Below are positions 17,243-27,166 of a stretch of DNA of 43,843 nucleotides, in pieces. The stretch spans positions 1 through 43,843 of IMG/VR virus record IMGVR_UViG_3300008252_000138; one strand, given 5' to 3'. Below the pieces are notes generated by a model, which saw only the letters and a list, made by a program, of their open reading frames with translations, had not been told where the DNA came from and ran no database searches. The stretch comes from a virus (taxonomy: Duplodnaviria > Caudoviricetes). Positions within the stretch are counted from its first letter, which is position 1. Each line of letters opens with the position of its first letter. The position numbers were made by a program, and so were the translations under genes.

Positions 17243-17593
17243 TCAGCGGATGAACAGAGAAAGCGGACGCAGCGCAGCCTTCACGCTTGCGACGGTGTGG
17301 CCGGTGCCAATGGTCAGCTTGTCGCCGAGCACTTCGCCGGTCAGCAGCACCGGGGCGGGGGCGGGGGCGTCAGTGGTATCCACCGCCTCAGCCAGAATCA
17401 CCTCGGGGGTTTCCGAGCCATCCTCGGCAGCAGACAACGACAGCACGTACTCATCATCGGCAGTGACCTTGCCGAGCACGGCGCCCGCAGCCAGGACCTG
17501 GCCCTGAGCGATCACCACCGAGTCCATGACGACGGGGAAGGTGCCAGCAGCAAGCTGAACCGGCACATAGGTATTACGGATCGGGTTAGCCAT
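17243..17593 (-). CDS. Head decoration protein, gpD-like
   Basis: GQVLAAGAVLGKVT..DGSETP..ILAEAVD; GAGG SD. Confidence 0.85.
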   Translation of the reverse strand: MANPIRNTYVPVQLAAGTFPVVMDSVVIAQGQVLAAGAVLGKVTADDEYVLSLSAAEDGSETPEVILAEAVDTTDAPAPAPVLLTGEVLGDKLTIGTGHTVASVKAALRPLSLFIR

Positions 17594-17604
17594 GTGGCCT
17601 CCTA

Positions 17605-17994
17605 TCAACGACGGTTTGCACCAGCGGCAATTGCGCTGGCGGCGGCAGTCCGTTCAGCGGCTTCGCTTTCCGCCGGCGGGGTTTGGGTAGTGGTGCGGGT
17701 TGCATCGGCCTTGATGCCAGCCAGGCTGATTCCGCGATCCTGCGCAGCTTTGAACAGCTGCAGGGCTGTGGCTTCAACACTGGAACCATCGTCGATGGCC
17801 GCTTCGATTTCCTTCTCGAAGCCCGTAGCAGCGAGCGCCTGAATACCTTTGACGCGATCGCGCTCAGCGGCGACCGCAGCAGCGGTAATGGCCTTCTCGT
17901 CTACCGGCTCAGGTGCGGCAATCTGAATGGTGTTCGGGTCGGTACCAGCAGCCAGAGCCGCCTGCAGTTCCGCCGTGGTCTTTACGGTTGTCAT
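17605..17994 (-). CDS. Nested in-frame scaffold protein (Nu3-like)
   Basis: Internal ATG (MTTVKTT) with GAGGAAA SD, in frame with the protease; Ala-rich, AERDRVKGIQAL. Confidence 0.65.
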   Translation of the reverse strand: MTTVKTTAELQAALAAGTDPNTIQIAAPEPVDEKAITAAAVAAERDRVKGIQALAATGFEKEIEAAIDDGSSVEATALQLFKAAQDRGISLAGIKADATRTTTQTPPAESEAAERTAAASAIAAGANRR

Positions 17995-18819
17995 GGTGAG
18001 TTTCCTCGGGGTTGCGGCCGCTTTGGCCATTTCAGTGATCAGGCCCTCAAGAGAGCCCAAACGGTGTGCGAGCCCAGCGTCTACCGCCTCGGCGCCCACT
18101 CTCAGGCCGCCGTGGTCGCCCATCTCAGGGATACGCTCAACATCAACGCCCAGGTTGCGGGCGACCTTGGCGACAAACACGCCAGACATGGAGTCGATGG
18201 TTTTGCTGAGCACGGCCCGCCCCTCTTCGGTGGAGAGGTCCGGGCGCTTGTTGGGGGCGTTCTGGCTGGTGATGGTGTAGCGCTTCTCGCCTTCTTTGGC
18301 GTCGCGGATCAGCACCTCGGTAACAACGCCGATGCTGCCCACCAGTGCAGTGTCATCGATCACCAGTTCTCCAGCTGCGCTGGCCAGCCAGTAGGCCCCG
18401 CTGGCGACATAACCGCCGCCGTATGCCTTGATCGGTTTGCGCTCCCGAGCTGCATAGATCATGTCGGCCAGCTCGTTGATGCCGCTGGCCTCACCACCCG
18501 GGCTGTCGATATTCAGCACGATGCCCTTGATCTTCGGGTCATCGAGCGCGACTTGAAGATCAGTCGCCAGCTCCTGCGTGCTGGTGGCGCCGCTGATACG
18601 CGTGAACAGGTTGGCGTAACGCATGATCGGGCCGGTCACGGGGATCACTGCGATCCCATCGCGCACGGTCACGCTGCGGGCGTTCTCCAGCGGCTTGCCG
18701 ATCCGGGCTTCCAGCGCTTCCGGCTCACCCTGGCGATCAGCAATCGCCATCAGGTTATCCAGGGCGTCAGGCAGCATCAGCCATGACCGCGACGCGGCCA
18801 GCTCAAATGCACGTGGCAT
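17605..18819 (-). CDS. S49 head maturation protease (gpC-like)
   Basis: LNIDSPGG, ASGAYWLASAA and VGSIGVV motifs. Confidence 0.93.
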   Translation of the reverse strand: MPRAFELAASRSWLMLPDALDNLMAIADRQGEPEALEARIGKPLENARSVTVRDGIAVIPVTGPIMRYANLFTRISGATSTQELATDLQVALDDPKIKGIVLNIDSPGGEASGINELADMIYAARERKPIKAYGGGYVASGAYWLASAAGELVIDDTALVGSIGVVTEVLIRDAKEGEKRYTITSQNAPNKRPDLSTEEGRAVLSKTIDSMSGVFVAKVARNLGVDVERIPEMGDHGGLRVGAEAVDAGLAHRLGSLEGLITEMAKAAATPRKLTMTTVKTTAELQAALAAGTDPNTIQIAAPEPVDEKAITAAAVAAERDRVKGIQALAATGFEKEIEAAIDDGSSVEATALQLFKAAQDRGISLAGIKADATRTTTQTPPAESEAAERTAAASAIAAGANRR

Positions 18820-18824
18820 GGGGT

Positions 18825-20429
18825 TTACTCCTGATTGGTGTTTGGTGCTTCTGGCTCGGGCTGGGCGCCCTTGGGCAACTGGTAGTTGCCATCCTGCCGG
18901 CGCTGGTCAATCTCGCGGGCGCGCTGGCGATACACCTGCTGCCATGGCTCGCCGGTCATAGCTGCTGTTTCCAGTGTTTCGTTGCTGACGCCGATCTCAA
19001 TCCGCTTGCCTGCTGCGTTGGCTTCTTTGAGCTCGTCGATAGCGCCACGGGCTGGGCCAATCCACAGCGCCTGGCAGTAGGCCTTGCGCTTGAGAGGGTC
19101 GGCATAGCCAGGCAGATCGATCAGCCCACGCGCGACAGCTTCGTCGATGATCAATTCACGGCTGGGCTGGCAGAAGTCGCAGGTCAGCCACCAGCGGCGC
19201 AGGCTGTAGAACCGCCATGCCTGCAGCATTGCTGCGCGGGCTGCGCTGTAGCTTGAGCTGTAGAACAACAGAATCTCTTCTGCCGGCAGCTCCAGCGCTG
19301 CGCCGATCTCCTTCACCACGGCCATAAAGAACGGATCAAACTGCGCGTTGGGTCGGCCGGGGTTGACGGTGGTCGCCTTCTCACCACGACCAAGATCGAT
19401 GATTGCCCCTTCACCAAGCTGAATATCTCCACCGTCGTCGTCATCGGTCGATGCGCCTTCGCCGCCATTCACCAGGCTGGCAAGGTTCATCTTTTCATCA
19501 TCGAACTCGCTGCTCTTTTCGATGAAGACGGTGAACATGGCCGACACCACCGCAGCCATCAGCTCGGCACTGCTGTAGCGCTCCAGCTTCTGCAACGGCT
19601 CAAGCACAGGCGCGAGGTAAGGTGCGCCACGCTTCTGACCGGGCCGCTCTTTGTCTGCCATGATGTGCAGCACCCTGCGACGCCCTGTTACGGCGCCGAA
19701 GGCTTCCAGCTTGTCCCAACGCAACTCAGCACCAAGCGTCAGCTCATTCGGGTAGCCGCTGCACACGTGGTACCGCACCGGAGCGCCCAGTGCATCGAAC
19801 TCAACGCCCTCCACAATGCGGGCGGTATCGAGCGCCCGACCAGGGTTTGACAGGCGGTCTGTCTCGATCAGTTGCAGGCGAGTGCTGAAAACGCAGCCGG
19901 TGCGCTCCTCATCTGGGGTAGACACCAGCACATCACCACCCACCAGCGACGACACCAGCACCAGCGCTTGCAGCTGGTAGTGGTTGAGCGTGGCCTCGGC
20001 GTCGCACTCGCGTGGGTCATCCGCATAGATTGACCAGATCCGGTCCAGCTTTGCATTCAGCGCATCGCCTTCTTCCTCGCTCAAACCAAGCGCCTCGGTA
20101 TCGACCTGAGCCCGACACACCAGCCCGGTACCGACAACATTCGTGCGCAGACGCGTGATTGCCGCACGGGCGATCAGATGGTTACGCATCGCATCGCGGG
20201 AGCGGGCCACCAGCATGCTGCGCTCGCTGCTTGCCAGGTCGCGCCGCGGGCTACCAAGCCCGGGAAGCCAGCTAACCATGCTGCGCAGCATGCGCGATGC
20301 ACCACGCCAGCGTGTCTCGCTACCTCCGCCACCGCCCTGCGTGACGATTTGCGGCTGAGCAATCTCGCGGGCCAGCTTGAGCGTTTCCTGCATGAGCAGC
20401 TGCTCGGGAGATTTTTTGAAAAAGCCCAT
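18825..20429 (-). CDS. Portal protein, lambda family
   Basis: ARSRDAMRN, NVVGTGL, ERPGQKRG.P.LAPV and SSYSAARAA motifs. Confidence 0.93.
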   Translation of the reverse strand: MGFFKKSPEQLLMQETLKLAREIAQPQIVTQGGGGGSETRWRGASRMLRSMVSWLPGLGSPRRDLASSERSMLVARSRDAMRNHLIARAAITRLRTNVVGTGLVCRAQVDTEALGLSEEEGDALNAKLDRIWSIYADDPRECDAEATLNHYQLQALVLVSSLVGGDVLVSTPDEERTGCVFSTRLQLIETDRLSNPGRALDTARIVEGVEFDALGAPVRYHVCSGYPNELTLGAELRWDKLEAFGAVTGRRRVLHIMADKERPGQKRGAPYLAPVLEPLQKLERYSSAELMAAVVSAMFTVFIEKSSEFDDEKMNLASLVNGGEGASTDDDDGGDIQLGEGAIIDLGRGEKATTVNPGRPNAQFDPFFMAVVKEIGAALELPAEEILLFYSSSYSAARAAMLQAWRFYSLRRWWLTCDFCQPSRELIIDEAVARGLIDLPGYADPLKRKAYCQALWIGPARGAIDELKEANAAGKRIEIGVSNETLETAAMTGEPWQQVYRQRAREIDQRRQDGNYQLPKGAQPEPEAPNTNQE

Positions 20430-20431
20430 GA

Positions 20432-20647
20432 TCAAATCTTCCCGTAGGTGATGCGGCTACGCCCGCGACCGCGCAGGGCTGCTTGCTCCGCAGCCACTTC
20501 ACGGGCGATCTGCGCTTCCAGAATCCGGAGGCTGGCCAGTTCGGCGCGTTGCAATTCGCGGTCGCCCTTGCGGAAGCGCTGGCCCTTCTCAAGGATCGTC
20601 TTGATCGACGCCCGAACGTCAGCCAAGCGCTGTTGTGCATCGGTCAT
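20432..20647 (-). CDS. Head completion protein, gpW-like
   Basis: 71 aa, basic, between terminase and portal. Confidence 0.8.
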   Translation of the reverse strand: MTDAQQRLADVRASIKTILEKGQRFRKGDRELQRAELASLRILEAQIAREVAAEQAALRGRGRSRITYGKI

Positions 20648-20655
20648 GGTTCACC

Positions 20656-22671
20656 TCAGTGCGCCCGACCGCGCACCCTGCGTCCTCCGCTCTTGGCGGC
20701 CTTGCGGGGTATGGGCGCGACGGGCTCTTCGCTATTGAAAAGGTTGGGTTGCAGCAGTTGCTGCTCCAGCGCGTCCCAATCGGCGTCGCGCAGGATGTGT
20801 GTCTTCAAGCTGCGCGCCGCATGCAGCGCGTAAACCTCGCAGTCCAGCGCCTCATTGCGACGGCCTGCCTTTTTCTGCCAGACCATCTTGCTCGGGTTGC
20901 GCGGGTGCGGAGCCAGCACCTCGTTGGTGATCTGCTCGTAGTAGTCGCTGCGGATATCGCTATACCAGTGCATGCGGCCAGGGCCGGTGCCTTTCAGGCG
21001 CAGACGCTGATCAATCAGCGACTTGGCCTTATGGGTACCAACGATGAACGGACGCAGGCCGTACTTCGATGCCTTGGTGTTCGCTGCGTTGGTGTCAGAG
21101 GTCGGTGCGGGCTTTACGAAAATCTCGCGCTCCCGGCTGTCTACCGATGCCCCTTTGACCGCCATGATGTTGAAGCGCATCCGGGCGCGGACGTAGGTGT
21201 ACACCGCGTCGCTGGATGTGCCGTCAGAGCAGTCGATGCCCGCTGCACTCACAACCATCTGACAGCCGTGCTCGCTCTTGACCTGAGTCGCCAGCAGCTT
21301 ATCCAGCTCGACCCACACCGGGTCTTTCACATCCAGCGGATTGCCATGCAGCTCGCCCCAGTACAGGCGCCATGACTCCTCACCACGCCCCCAGCCAACC
21401 ATCAGCACAGCCAGGCGATCGTGCTGCACGTCTACACCAACAGTGATCAGCAGCACGCCTTTCGGTGCGGTCAGCTCGCCATAGGCTTCGGCTCGGCGCT
21501 CAAGCTCGTCGGTCTTTGGCGCGTCGCTCTGGTATTCGTAACTCTCGCCCTTGGAGCTGTTCACGTAGGCGATCATCGGCCCGATATTGCCTTGGGCTGC
21601 TGCGTGCTCGGCCTGCAGCTTCTTCTCCATGAGTACTTCAAAGCGCGAGCCGTAGAAGGTCGCGTAGAGCTCATTGAGAATGTAACCGGCGATGCCGCGA
21701 AACTCGGCGGTCGCCTCCCAGCGCCCATGTTTCAGGTTGGCGTTCTTCTGGTTGTCGTCCCAGATCGCGCCACAATGCGGGCAGGCGTAGTAGCTCTGCT
21801 CTGGGCGATGGTTGCCGTACACCTCGTGCTGGTAATCCGGATCCTCCGGGCAGTGCAGGTGGTCAAAGCTGAGCGCGTGCTCCTGGCCGCACTCGTGGCA
21901 CGGCACCAAGCCAACGCGCTTGTCCGACAACTCCAGTTCGGCATCGATGGCCGACAGCCCTTTGATCGTCGGCGTACCACCGATGATGATCTTCGAGCGC
22001 CGGAACGTTTTCAGGCGCTCCTTCGCCAGCTTGATGCTGTCGCCCTGCCCGCGCAGGTTCAGGTTGCAGTCGTCCGGCTCTTCAACCGCCACCCGCGGTA
22101 CCGGGGTGGACTTAACACTGGCCGGGCTGTTGGAGCCGACCAGCTTGAGGAAGCCACCGGGGAACTTCTTAAAGTCCTGCCGCTGCTGCAGCTTGCGGCT
22201 GCGCAGGTCTACCTTCTTCCGCAACCGAGGCGTCGCCTCGATCATTGGCTCCAGCTTTTCCGCCACGTACTGCTTTGCAGCCTCGGCTTTGGGGAACAGC
22301 ACCAGGATCGGCGATGGGTCAATGTCGATCCACTTGCCCAGCGCATTACCAAGCACGCCGCTTGTCCAGGCCACCTGTGCCGACTTCCTGCCAACGATCT
22401 CGTTAACAGCTGGATCGTCCAGCGCCTCAAGCGGGCCGCCTGGCCAGATCAGGTGCGGGGTAATCTCAAACCGATACTTGCCTGGGCGCGCAGCTTCTTC
22501 CGGGGCAAGCCAGCGATACTTGGTTGCCCACTGGATGGTGCTCAGCCGGGGTGGTGGAGACCACTTGCGGCAGACTCGGCGCAGCGACTTAGTCGCCGTC
22601 TTCTTCAGCAGCCTCCGGATCGTCCGGTTCGTCAGGATCCCCGTCTGACGGGTCTTCGTCATCAGGGTCAT
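20656..22671 (-). CDS. Terminase large subunit, lambda gpA family
   Basis: KSAQVAWT Walker A variant, VAVEEPD Walker B, CHEC/CPHC, GVDVQ nuclease motif, RNEALDC. Confidence 0.95.
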   Translation of the reverse strand: MTLMTKTRQTGILTNRTIRRLLKKTATKSLRRVCRKWSPPPRLSTIQWATKYRWLAPEEAARPGKYRFEITPHLIWPGGPLEALDDPAVNEIVGRKSAQVAWTSGVLGNALGKWIDIDPSPILVLFPKAEAAKQYVAEKLEPMIEATPRLRKKVDLRSRKLQQRQDFKKFPGGFLKLVGSNSPASVKSTPVPRVAVEEPDDCNLNLRGQGDSIKLAKERLKTFRRSKIIIGGTPTIKGLSAIDAELELSDKRVGLVPCHECGQEHALSFDHLHCPEDPDYQHEVYGNHRPEQSYYACPHCGAIWDDNQKNANLKHGRWEATAEFRGIAGYILNELYATFYGSRFEVLMEKKLQAEHAAAQGNIGPMIAYVNSSKGESYEYQSDAPKTDELERRAEAYGELTAPKGVLLITVGVDVQHDRLAVLMVGWGRGEESWRLYWGELHGNPLDVKDPVWVELDKLLATQVKSEHGCQMVVSAAGIDCSDGTSSDAVYTYVRARMRFNIMAVKGASVDSREREIFVKPAPTSDTNAANTKASKYGLRPFIVGTHKAKSLIDQRLRLKGTGPGRMHWYSDIRSDYYEQITNEVLAPHPRNPSKMVWQKKAGRRNEALDCEVYALHAARSLKTHILRDADWDALEQQLLQPNLFNSEEPVAPIPRKAAKSGGRRVRGRAH

Positions 22672-23116
22672 AGTTCGCCAGCTCTCGGAGGATGGCCTCG
22701 ATAGGGTCGCGGATCAGTTGGTCATCCACCTCAACCCCGTATCGGGCAGAAAGTTCGCTCGCCAGGTTCTCCGGCAAGGTGTTCAGTAGTTCGATCTTTG
22801 CGGCGGTAATCATCGCCTCGAAGCGCTCGACCAGTTCCTCGGCCAGCACCACTTCTTCCAACTCACGGGCCAGCGCCAGTTCCTCGCGGTCACCCTTGAT
22901 GCGGTCCAGCCGCTCGCGGGCTGTCTCGCGCTTGCCGTTGAGTGCGGCAGCCTGCACCAGCCACTCGATCACCGCGGCCGTGTCATACACGTTTTCATTG
23001 CCGCGCCCGAGGCCAACCTCGACCACCGGCATGCCAGCGTTCTGCCAGCGAGATAGCGTGCGCTCATCACGGCCAACAATCTCACCGAGCTCAGCCTTAG
23101 TGACTTGCTTGCCCAT
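22589..23116 (-). CDS. Terminase small subunit, Nu1-like
   Basis: wHTH VTKAELGEIVGRDERTLSRWQNAGMP..YDTAAVIEW. Confidence 0.9.
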   Translation of the reverse strand: MGKQVTKAELGEIVGRDERTLSRWQNAGMPVVEVGLGRGNENVYDTAAVIEWLVQAAALNGKRETARERLDRIKGDREELALARELEEVVLAEELVERFEAMITAAKIELLNTLPENLASELSARYGVEVDDQLIRDPIEAILRELANYDPDDEDPSDGDPDEPDDPEAAEEDGD

Positions 23117-23170
23117 GACACACACCTTGAAAAGACGGACACCCCTAGACAAATTTCAGCTAGAGCCAAA

Positions 23171-23223
23171 ACACGAGCCGAATAACCCGTGTAGGGTCCG
23201 GGGGGCCGGGGAGGACCCGTAAA
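23171..23223 (-). other. cos site: cosQ plus cosN with a predicted 12-nt cohesive end
   Basis: Minus strand TTTACGGGTCCT (cosQ GGGTCCT at 23212-23218) followed by ACACG^GGTTATTCGGCT^CGTGT with symmetric flanks, just upstream of the terminase small subunit. Confidence 0.8.
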
Positions 23224-23258
23224 AATCCGGACGCCCCAAATCGGTGCAACCCGGCCAC

Positions 23259-23993
23259 CTACCCCCCGAACCGCTCGATGGCCCTGCCGATCGCGCCTTC
23301 GACCAGCGCATCGTTCTCGGCAACCCGCCGCACCACGCGATGAAAGTCGAAGCGGGCCGAGTAGTTGGGTTGCTTCACGAACAGCAGCACCAGAGCAAGG
23401 GTCTTGCCTCTTCGCTCTGCGATACCAATGGGGGTCTTGCCGCGCTTCATCACGAAGAACGCCTTCGCGTGGCCCTTCTTCAGGGACCGAGCGCTGCGGG
23501 TTGCGACGATGGTCGAGCCAGACGGGTTGTCTGCACCCAGACCAGAAAGCACTTGCTGCATGTGGCCGCGAGACATGTTGCCGTAGGCGTCCATCCGCGC
23601 GCCCGGCCCCGGGGCCAGGAACATGCCCGAAGGCAGAATGCCCTGCTCCCGCAACCGGTACTCCGAGCGCTTAACCGATCTGCCTCCGCCGTAGACTTGC
23701 GGCTCGAACCACGCCTCGGGCGCCTGACCACCGCCCGCCCCGTCCTTCTCATCCTTGACCCAGACCGCCGCCTCGGGTGCCGATGGCTTGGCACGCAGCA
23801 GCCTGAATGCGTTCAGAGTAAAGCGCGTGGGCCTGTCGAATGCAGTGCGGGCCTCGGCCTGCAGCATCTTGATGGCCTCGGCTCCAACCTCGTTGACCGC
23901 CCATGCCAGTGCAGGATTGGCCTGCTTGCCCAGCTTCGCCAGATCTGCCAGCGCGTCGTCCAGGTCGGTGACGGCCAGCCCTGCGCCGATCAC
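23259..23993 (-). CDS. Conserved phage late protein upstream of cos
   Basis: 244 aa, basic; AFDRPTRFTLNA and DAYGNMSRG motifs. Confidence 0.7.
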   Translation of the reverse strand: MIGAGLAVTDLDDALADLAKLGKQANPALAWAVNEVGAEAIKMLQAEARTAFDRPTRFTLNAFRLLRAKPSAPEAAVWVKDEKDGAGGGQAPEAWFEPQVYGGGRSVKRSEYRLREQGILPSGMFLAPGPGARMDAYGNMSRGHMQQVLSGLGADNPSGSTIVATRSARSLKKGHAKAFFVMKRGKTPIGIAERRGKTLALVLLFVKQPNYSARFDFHRVVRRVAENDALVEGAIGRAIERFGG

Positions 23994-24361
23994 CGCCCCA
24001 GCGCCTCACGAATCTCTTTGATCATGTCGATCAGCGACATGCCTTGGCTCTTTGCTGCGTAAGCAAACCACGCCCGGACCAACACCCAAGCCGGGAGGCC
24101 GCAGGCAAAGCACAGGCCGATCATCGCTACCGTGCCTTCGAACGTATCGACCCAGCTGGTGAAGCCAAGCCACTGGACCAAACCAGCCCCTCCACAGATG
24201 GACGAGACCAGAGTGCTGATCAGACCGGCCACCCACTCGCGTGAGGTTTTCGGCAGCGTCATCGCCATCACCACGACCGCGGCCAGGATCGCGCCAACGC
24301 TGACGCCCAGCAGCTTGCCCAGCCCAATGCCGGCCAGCCCTGCGGTGGTCGGCTCGCTCAT
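23990..24361 (-). CDS. Putative holin
   Basis: About three hydrophobic segments, charged C-terminus, first gene of the late operon. Confidence 0.7.
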   Translation of the reverse strand: MSEPTTAGLAGIGLGKLLGVSVGAILAAVVVMAMTLPKTSREWVAGLISTLVSSICGGAGLVQWLGFTSWVDTFEGTVAMIGLCFACGLPAWVLVRAWFAYAAKSQGMSLIDMIKEIREALGR

Positions 24362-24415
24362 GTTCTGAATCCTCATGGATGCTCCCGGGTTGAACCTTCC
24401 CTGGCGCTGAAATAG

Positions 24416-24438
24416 AAAACCCCGCCGGAGCGGGGTTT
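24416..24438 (-). terminator. Terminator in the late leader (tR'-like)
   Basis: AAACCCCGC-CGGA-GCGGGGTTT hairpin upstream of the holin. Confidence 0.65.
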
Positions 24439-24649
24439 GGGGTTTGCTGGCAGCCAGTCCAGCAGGGGAAGCGGTTTGCCGTGCTGCTTACGCACGAATC
24501 AAAAACTTAGCTGACTTTTTACGCTAGACCGTCAAAGGCGTAAACCGTCGATTAACGCCCTTTCCGGTGCTTTGCGTGGGCAGTGTGTGCAACGTGTGTT
24601 GAACGTGCGTTAGCGCCAAAACATGCCCGACGAACGGTAACGACTATTT

Positions 24650-25087
24650 TCAAGATGCCCGCCGAAGCCAGGGCAGCTCAGCCAGCAGCAGCGGCTCCAG
24701 CAGCACATGCAACTGGTGCAGCTTGCTGCGATAGGTCGCCTGCGACCGCCAGCCCATGCGCTTGGCCTGCTGCTCCACCAGCGGCATCGGGTCGGTCAGG
24801 TACCGCACCCGGGCCAGCTTAACCAGCTCTGCGCCAACCTTGCCGTGCCCGCCCGCCTCCACCGGTTGCCGGATCATCACCAGGGCACGCTCCACCGCTT
24901 CACCCACAGCACCCAGCGGGCCGTTCTCAAGACCAACGCCGTAGCCATTGCCAAGCGCAGTACTCCGGATCATCTCGCCCTGCGCATCGATCATTGCACC
25001 CAGAGTGCACTGCAGCATTGCCACCGTGCCCCGCCGCCGATACTGGTCTCCCCAGGTAATCAGGGCCATTTCAACCCGCTCGATCAT
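24650..25087 (-). CDS. Late gene regulator, Q/antiterminator-like
   Basis: IE..L..WG N-terminus, C-terminal HTH (RYL..QQAKRMGWRSQATYRSKL); located before the late leader. Confidence 0.65.
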   Translation of the reverse strand: MIERVEMALITWGDQYRRRGTVAMLQCTLGAMIDAQGEMIRSTALGNGYGVGLENGPLGAVGEAVERALVMIRQPVEAGGHGKVGAELVKLARVRYLTDPMPLVEQQAKRMGWRSQATYRSKLHQLHVLLEPLLLAELPWLRRAS

Positions 25088-25108
25088 CGCAACACCCCCT
25101 GTTTTCCA

Positions 25109-25391
25109 ACCCTAGACAGAAATCCGCCAACCCTAGACACGACCCCAGACAGCAAAACCCTTTTAAAAACAAACACTTTTTTATAGCTGTCTAGGGTGTC
25201 TAGGGTTGATAGGGTTTTTTCCTCACGCATGAACAAAAAACACCAAAGCCGATTGCGATAAATACACGCCCGCGCGCGCGTAAAAACCCGTGCAACCCTA
25301 GACACTTGAACGCCAGCCGCTCTAGCACGAGGGCTGTAGCTGTCTAGGGTTTGATTCTGCAACCCTAGACACACCCTAGACACCCCGGACA
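25109..25391. repeat. Iteron cluster, probable replication origin
   Basis: ACCCTAGACA at 25109, 25130, 25295, 25362 and 25373; inverted copies at 25188, 25197 and 25341; variants at 25142 and 25382; AT-rich core; directly downstream of the helicase. Confidence 0.85.
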
Positions 25392-25393
25392 GA

Positions 25394-27166
25394 TTAAGCA
25401 TCAGGGCCTCCCGCATTACGCAGCGGTGCGCTGTATCCAATGCAGCCGTCCCACTTCTCCGGGTGCCAGCCGGCCTCAGCGGCCTGCCTGCGCCAATCGC
25501 GCACCAACTGGCCCAGCCGCTTGCCATCCGACAGGTCGAGCCCGTCAGGCGGGTTCGGCACAAAGAACATCGAGCGCCTTCGGTTGTTGAAGTCGTCGTA
25601 CCAGAAGTACTGCCCCGGCGACTTGTATGTGTCCGGCTTGGTGCCGAGAAACAGCCCGAACTTCGTCTCGCTCAACTTGTGCTCACCACCCCGCGAGCAC
25701 CACTCAGTGAACAGGCCGTATAGGTCCTGCGTGCGGCAAGGGCTGAACGGAATGCCAAGCCCGTCAGTCTTCCACAGGTTGTAGAACGTCTCCCAGGCGG
25801 TAAAGCTCAGCTCCACCAAGCGCTGCCGCGCTGGCGTCTTCGGTGGCCTGGTGCGCTCGTCAAAGTCGCCCAGGTCGTAATCCAGCAGGTACTGGTAAAA
25901 CGCCTCAATACCCCCGTTGGCCAGCTCCCAGCCGATCCGCTTCTGCGCCTTTTCCGGCAGCGTCAGCTCCGGCCACAGCACCAGCATGCGCCGGTCGTTC
26001 TCCCCGATCGGCCAGGGCAGGATCTCGTTGGACAGGAACACGGCGTTCATATAGTTCGCCTCTTCCCACCCGTTCATAAACTTGGATTCAATGCGCACCG
26101 TCTTGCCGGTGACCATGTGCTTGATCTTGCCCGTCTGGTTGTAGCGCTGGTCCCGGCTGACGACCTCCTCAAACAGGCCATACAGCTTGCTCGACTGCCA
26201 CTGGCTCCAGCTGCTCTCCAACTGCACCTGGCCAACCGTCGCGCCGTACTCCCCATAGATCGGCCGCATGATGTCGCCGAACAGCAGGCTCTTACCCGAG
26301 CCCTCCATCGTCGAGTGCATCAGCACCGCCGTGTCCAACTTCGCGCCCACATGCTGCAGCGGGAAGGCCAGCCACTTGGTCAGCCAGTCGACCGCATCCT
26401 GCTGGCCATTGCAGAGGAAGCCCAACAGCCAGACGATGCCACGGCACAGATCAAGATCGGGGTTCGGGGTAAGAGGCAGGCCCTCAAAGGTGTTGATCGT
26501 ATCCTTGGGGCTTTCCGTCATGCGCGGGTCAAACACCAGATTCGCAGCCGGGATCACCTGCCGCTGGTCCGAGTTCTGCCAGAGCGAGAACGCATCACCC
26601 AGCGCCAACTTCACCGCCGCCGCCGGCAAACGCTGCCGCAGCTGGCGGTCGTAAATATCTTGCGAACCGTCCAGGTACACATAGCGCCAGTACAAATCCT
26701 CGCTGCTGACCTGCCCCTTCGACTTGCCCAGCCGCTTGCCCAGCTTCGCATCCGTCTCCAGCCGCTTCGCGTGTTCAGGGTCCACGCCCTTCTTGCTCGG
26801 CAGGTCATACCACTGGTTGCCCAGAGCCTTACCCACCATCGCCAGAAAGCCCGTCTTCTTCACGACCACCTTACGGTGCAGGTCGAATACCTTCGTCTCG
26901 CCCTCCACCAGCGCAAACCGGCTTGTCACCTTCTCCAGCGTCCAGCCCGAAGCCTCCCCCGCCCCCTCTTCTGGCGGTGCCGCACCAGCGGCGGGCGCTG
27001 TGTCGGATGGGGCCGGGGGAAGGTCATCAGCCGCGTCAGGCTCGCCCGCCGTGCGCACACGCGGCAACGGCGCATTGGCCGCAGCCCGCTGCAACTGCTC
27101 GCGCACCACGTCCAGCCCAAACTCTACATGCAGGTCATTCCAATCGATCTTGCGGGATGCCGTCAT
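25394..27166 (-). CDS. SF3/D5-like (DUF5906-type) primase-associated helicase
   Basis: EGSGKS Walker A, LFEEV Walker B, FLSN motif C, DRR arginine finger; N-terminal DWNDLH. Confidence 0.85.
   Translation of the reverse strand: MTASRKIDWNDLHVEFGLDVVREQLQRAAANAPLPRVRTAGEPDAADDLPPAPSDTAPAAGAAPPEEGAGEASGWTLEKVTSRFALVEGETKVFDLHRKVVVKKTGFLAMVGKALGNQWYDLPSKKGVDPEHAKRLETDAKLGKRLGKSKGQVSSEDLYWRYVYLDGSQDIYDRQLRQRLPAAAVKLALGDAFSLWQNSDQRQVIPAANLVFDPRMTESPKDTINTFEGLPLTPNPDLDLCRGIVWLLGFLCNGQQDAVDWLTKWLAFPLQHVGAKLDTAVLMHSTMEGSGKSLLFGDIMRPIYGEYGATVGQVQLESSWSQWQSSKLYGLFEEVVSRDQRYNQTGKIKHMVTGKTVRIESKFMNGWEEANYMNAVFLSNEILPWPIGENDRRMLVLWPELTLPEKAQKRIGWELANGGIEAFYQYLLDYDLGDFDERTRPPKTPARQRLVELSFTAWETFYNLWKTDGLGIPFSPCRTQDLYGLFTEWCSRGGEHKLSETKFGLFLGTKPDTYKSPGQYFWYDDFNNRRRSMFFVPNPPDGLDLSDGKRLGQLVRDWRRQAAEAGWHPEKWDGCIGYSAPLRNAGGPDA

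Noticed and set aside
25109-25391. CRISPR array
   Set aside because: Repeats are 10 bp, irregularly spaced and in both orientations; no cas genes
25084-25563. 159-aa ORF over the iteron region
   Set aside because: Its repetitive peptide merely translates the iterons, and it overlaps the helicase end
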